DNA of 47,118 nt from Octopus bimaculoides (Eukaryota): positions 17,206,789-17,253,906 of the forward strand of contig NC_069006.1 in NCBI RefSeq assembly GCF_001194135.2, given 5' to 3'. Both the position numbers and the translations under genes were made by a program. The notes beneath the pieces are model-generated. The model was not told the DNA's origin. It ran no database searches and worked only from the letters and a program-made list of their open reading frames with translations. This document shows positions 45,801 to 47,118 of this stretch, one piece after another (position 1 is the stretch's first letter; the number at the start of each line of letters is the position of its first letter).

Positions 45801-47118
45801 TTAAATCACTTTCTTGGGTCTAAAATCCTTACTAAAACTGTCTAAAGAGTTGAACAACTGACCCTGGGTCTAAAATCTTAAGTGACACTTTCTCTAAAGA
45901 TTTAGATGACTTGTGTCTGAAGTCCTTCGTAACACTTTGTCTAAATATATAACCTACCGGCCTTCAGGTTAAAATCTTCATTGAAACCGTGTTTAATGAT
46001 TTAGATCGCTGGCCTTCGGTCTAAAATCTTTATTGAATCTCTGCATACAGATTTAGATCACTGGCCTTCAGTCTAAGATGTAATTTGAAACTGAGTATAA
46101 AGATTTAGATCACTGGCCTTGAGTCTAAAATCTTTATTGAAACTGTGTCTGTAGGTTTAGATCGCTGGCCATCAGTCAAAAATCTTATTTGAAACCGTGT
46201 CTTAAGATTTAAATCAATTTATTGGATCTAAAATCCTTACTAAAACTGTGCCTAAAGATTTCCGTCACTGGCCTTGGGTCTAAAATTTTAACTGAATCTG
46301 TGTCTAAAGGGTGAGACCACTGACCCTGGGTCTAAAATCTTAAGTGACACTGTTTCTAAACATTAAGATGACTTGTCTTGTGTCTAAAGTCCTTCGTAAC
46401 ACTTGGTCTAAATATATAAGCCTTCAGGTTAAAATCTTCATTGAAACTACGATTTTGATGACTGGCCTTCGGGTTAAAATCTTTATTGAATCTCTGCATA
46501 TAGATTCAGATCACTGGCTTTCGGTCTAAAATCTTTATTTAAGCGGCAATTATAGATTTAGATCACTGGCATTCGATCTAAAAGCTTTGCTGAAACTTTG
46601 GATAAAGATGTAGATCACTACCCTTCGGTGTAAAATCTTTGTCGAAACTGTATTAAGATTTCGATCACTAGCCTTCGGGTTAAAATCCTTATTGTAAATG
46701 TGTCAAAAGATTTAAGTTACTGGCCTTTGGTCTAAAAACTTTAGAGAAACTGTTTGTAAAGATTTAGATCACTAGCCCTTGCTGTAAATTTTTTATTGAA
46801 ACTATGCACAAAGATTTGCGTCACTGGCTTTGGGTCTAAAATCCTTACTGAATCTGTGTCTAGAGGGTTGAATCACTAACCCTGGGTCTAAAATATTTAT
46901 TGAATCGGTTTTTAAAGATTTAGATTACTTGCCTAGTGTCTAAAATCCTTATTGACACTTTATCTAAAGGTGTAGACCACTGGCCAGCGGTCTAAAATCT
47001 TTAAAAAAAAACTTTGTCTAAAGAATTTGATCACTGGCCTTCAGTTTAAAATATTTATTGAAACTGTGTCTAAAGATTTAGATCGCTGGCCAACATTCTA
47101 AAATTATTATTATTTTTA
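42820..47118. repeat. 52-bp tandem satellite (consensus about GTCTAAAGATTTAGATCACTGGCCTTCGGTCTAAAATCTTTATTGAAACTGT), roughly 50 visible units, running off the window end
   Basis: Period measured directly (CTAAAGAT at 44521 and 44573). Units are diverged from 42820-43430 and homogeneous afterwards. Interrupted by gaps 43613-44495 and 45391-45400. Confidence 0.95.

Noticed and set aside
43430-47118. CRISPR-like array (regular palindromic repeats)
   Set aside because: The intervening sequences are homologous to each other rather than unique spacers, there are no cas genes, and the context is eukaryotic. It is a tandem satellite.

Overview
Repeat-saturated, AT-rich eukaryotic (animal) genomic DNA from a gapped draft assembly. 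The tRNA-derived SINE types, microsatellite density and 10-N spacer gaps suggest an octopus such as Octopus bimaculoides; this is inference from recalled repeat families, not a database result. There is no intact multi-exon gene, no prokaryotic feature and no CRISPR array. Nearly all long ORFs in the supplied track are artefacts of N-runs or dinucleotide repeats. Supported content: (i) about 25 full or partial copies of 3-4 tRNA-headed SINE families, called A, B, C and D here; (ii) DNA-transposon remnants: a hAT/Charlie MITE with a perfect 8-bp TSD, mariner MITE and transposase ends, a piggyBac-type TTAA MITE, and a FLYWCH+MULE transposase pseudogene split by a nested hAT MITE and SINE, with a partial second copy; (iii) an R4/Dong-like LINE zinc-knuckle fragment; (iv) a Penelope-like end with a degenerate hammerhead core enclosing a consensus CTCF motif; (v) one candidate host coding exon with a C2H2 zinc finger at about 31.8 kb; (vi) a 52-bp internally palindromic satellite filling the last ~4 kb, with higher-order structure and a diverged edge. 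Protein family calls come from manual translation and motif recognition only.
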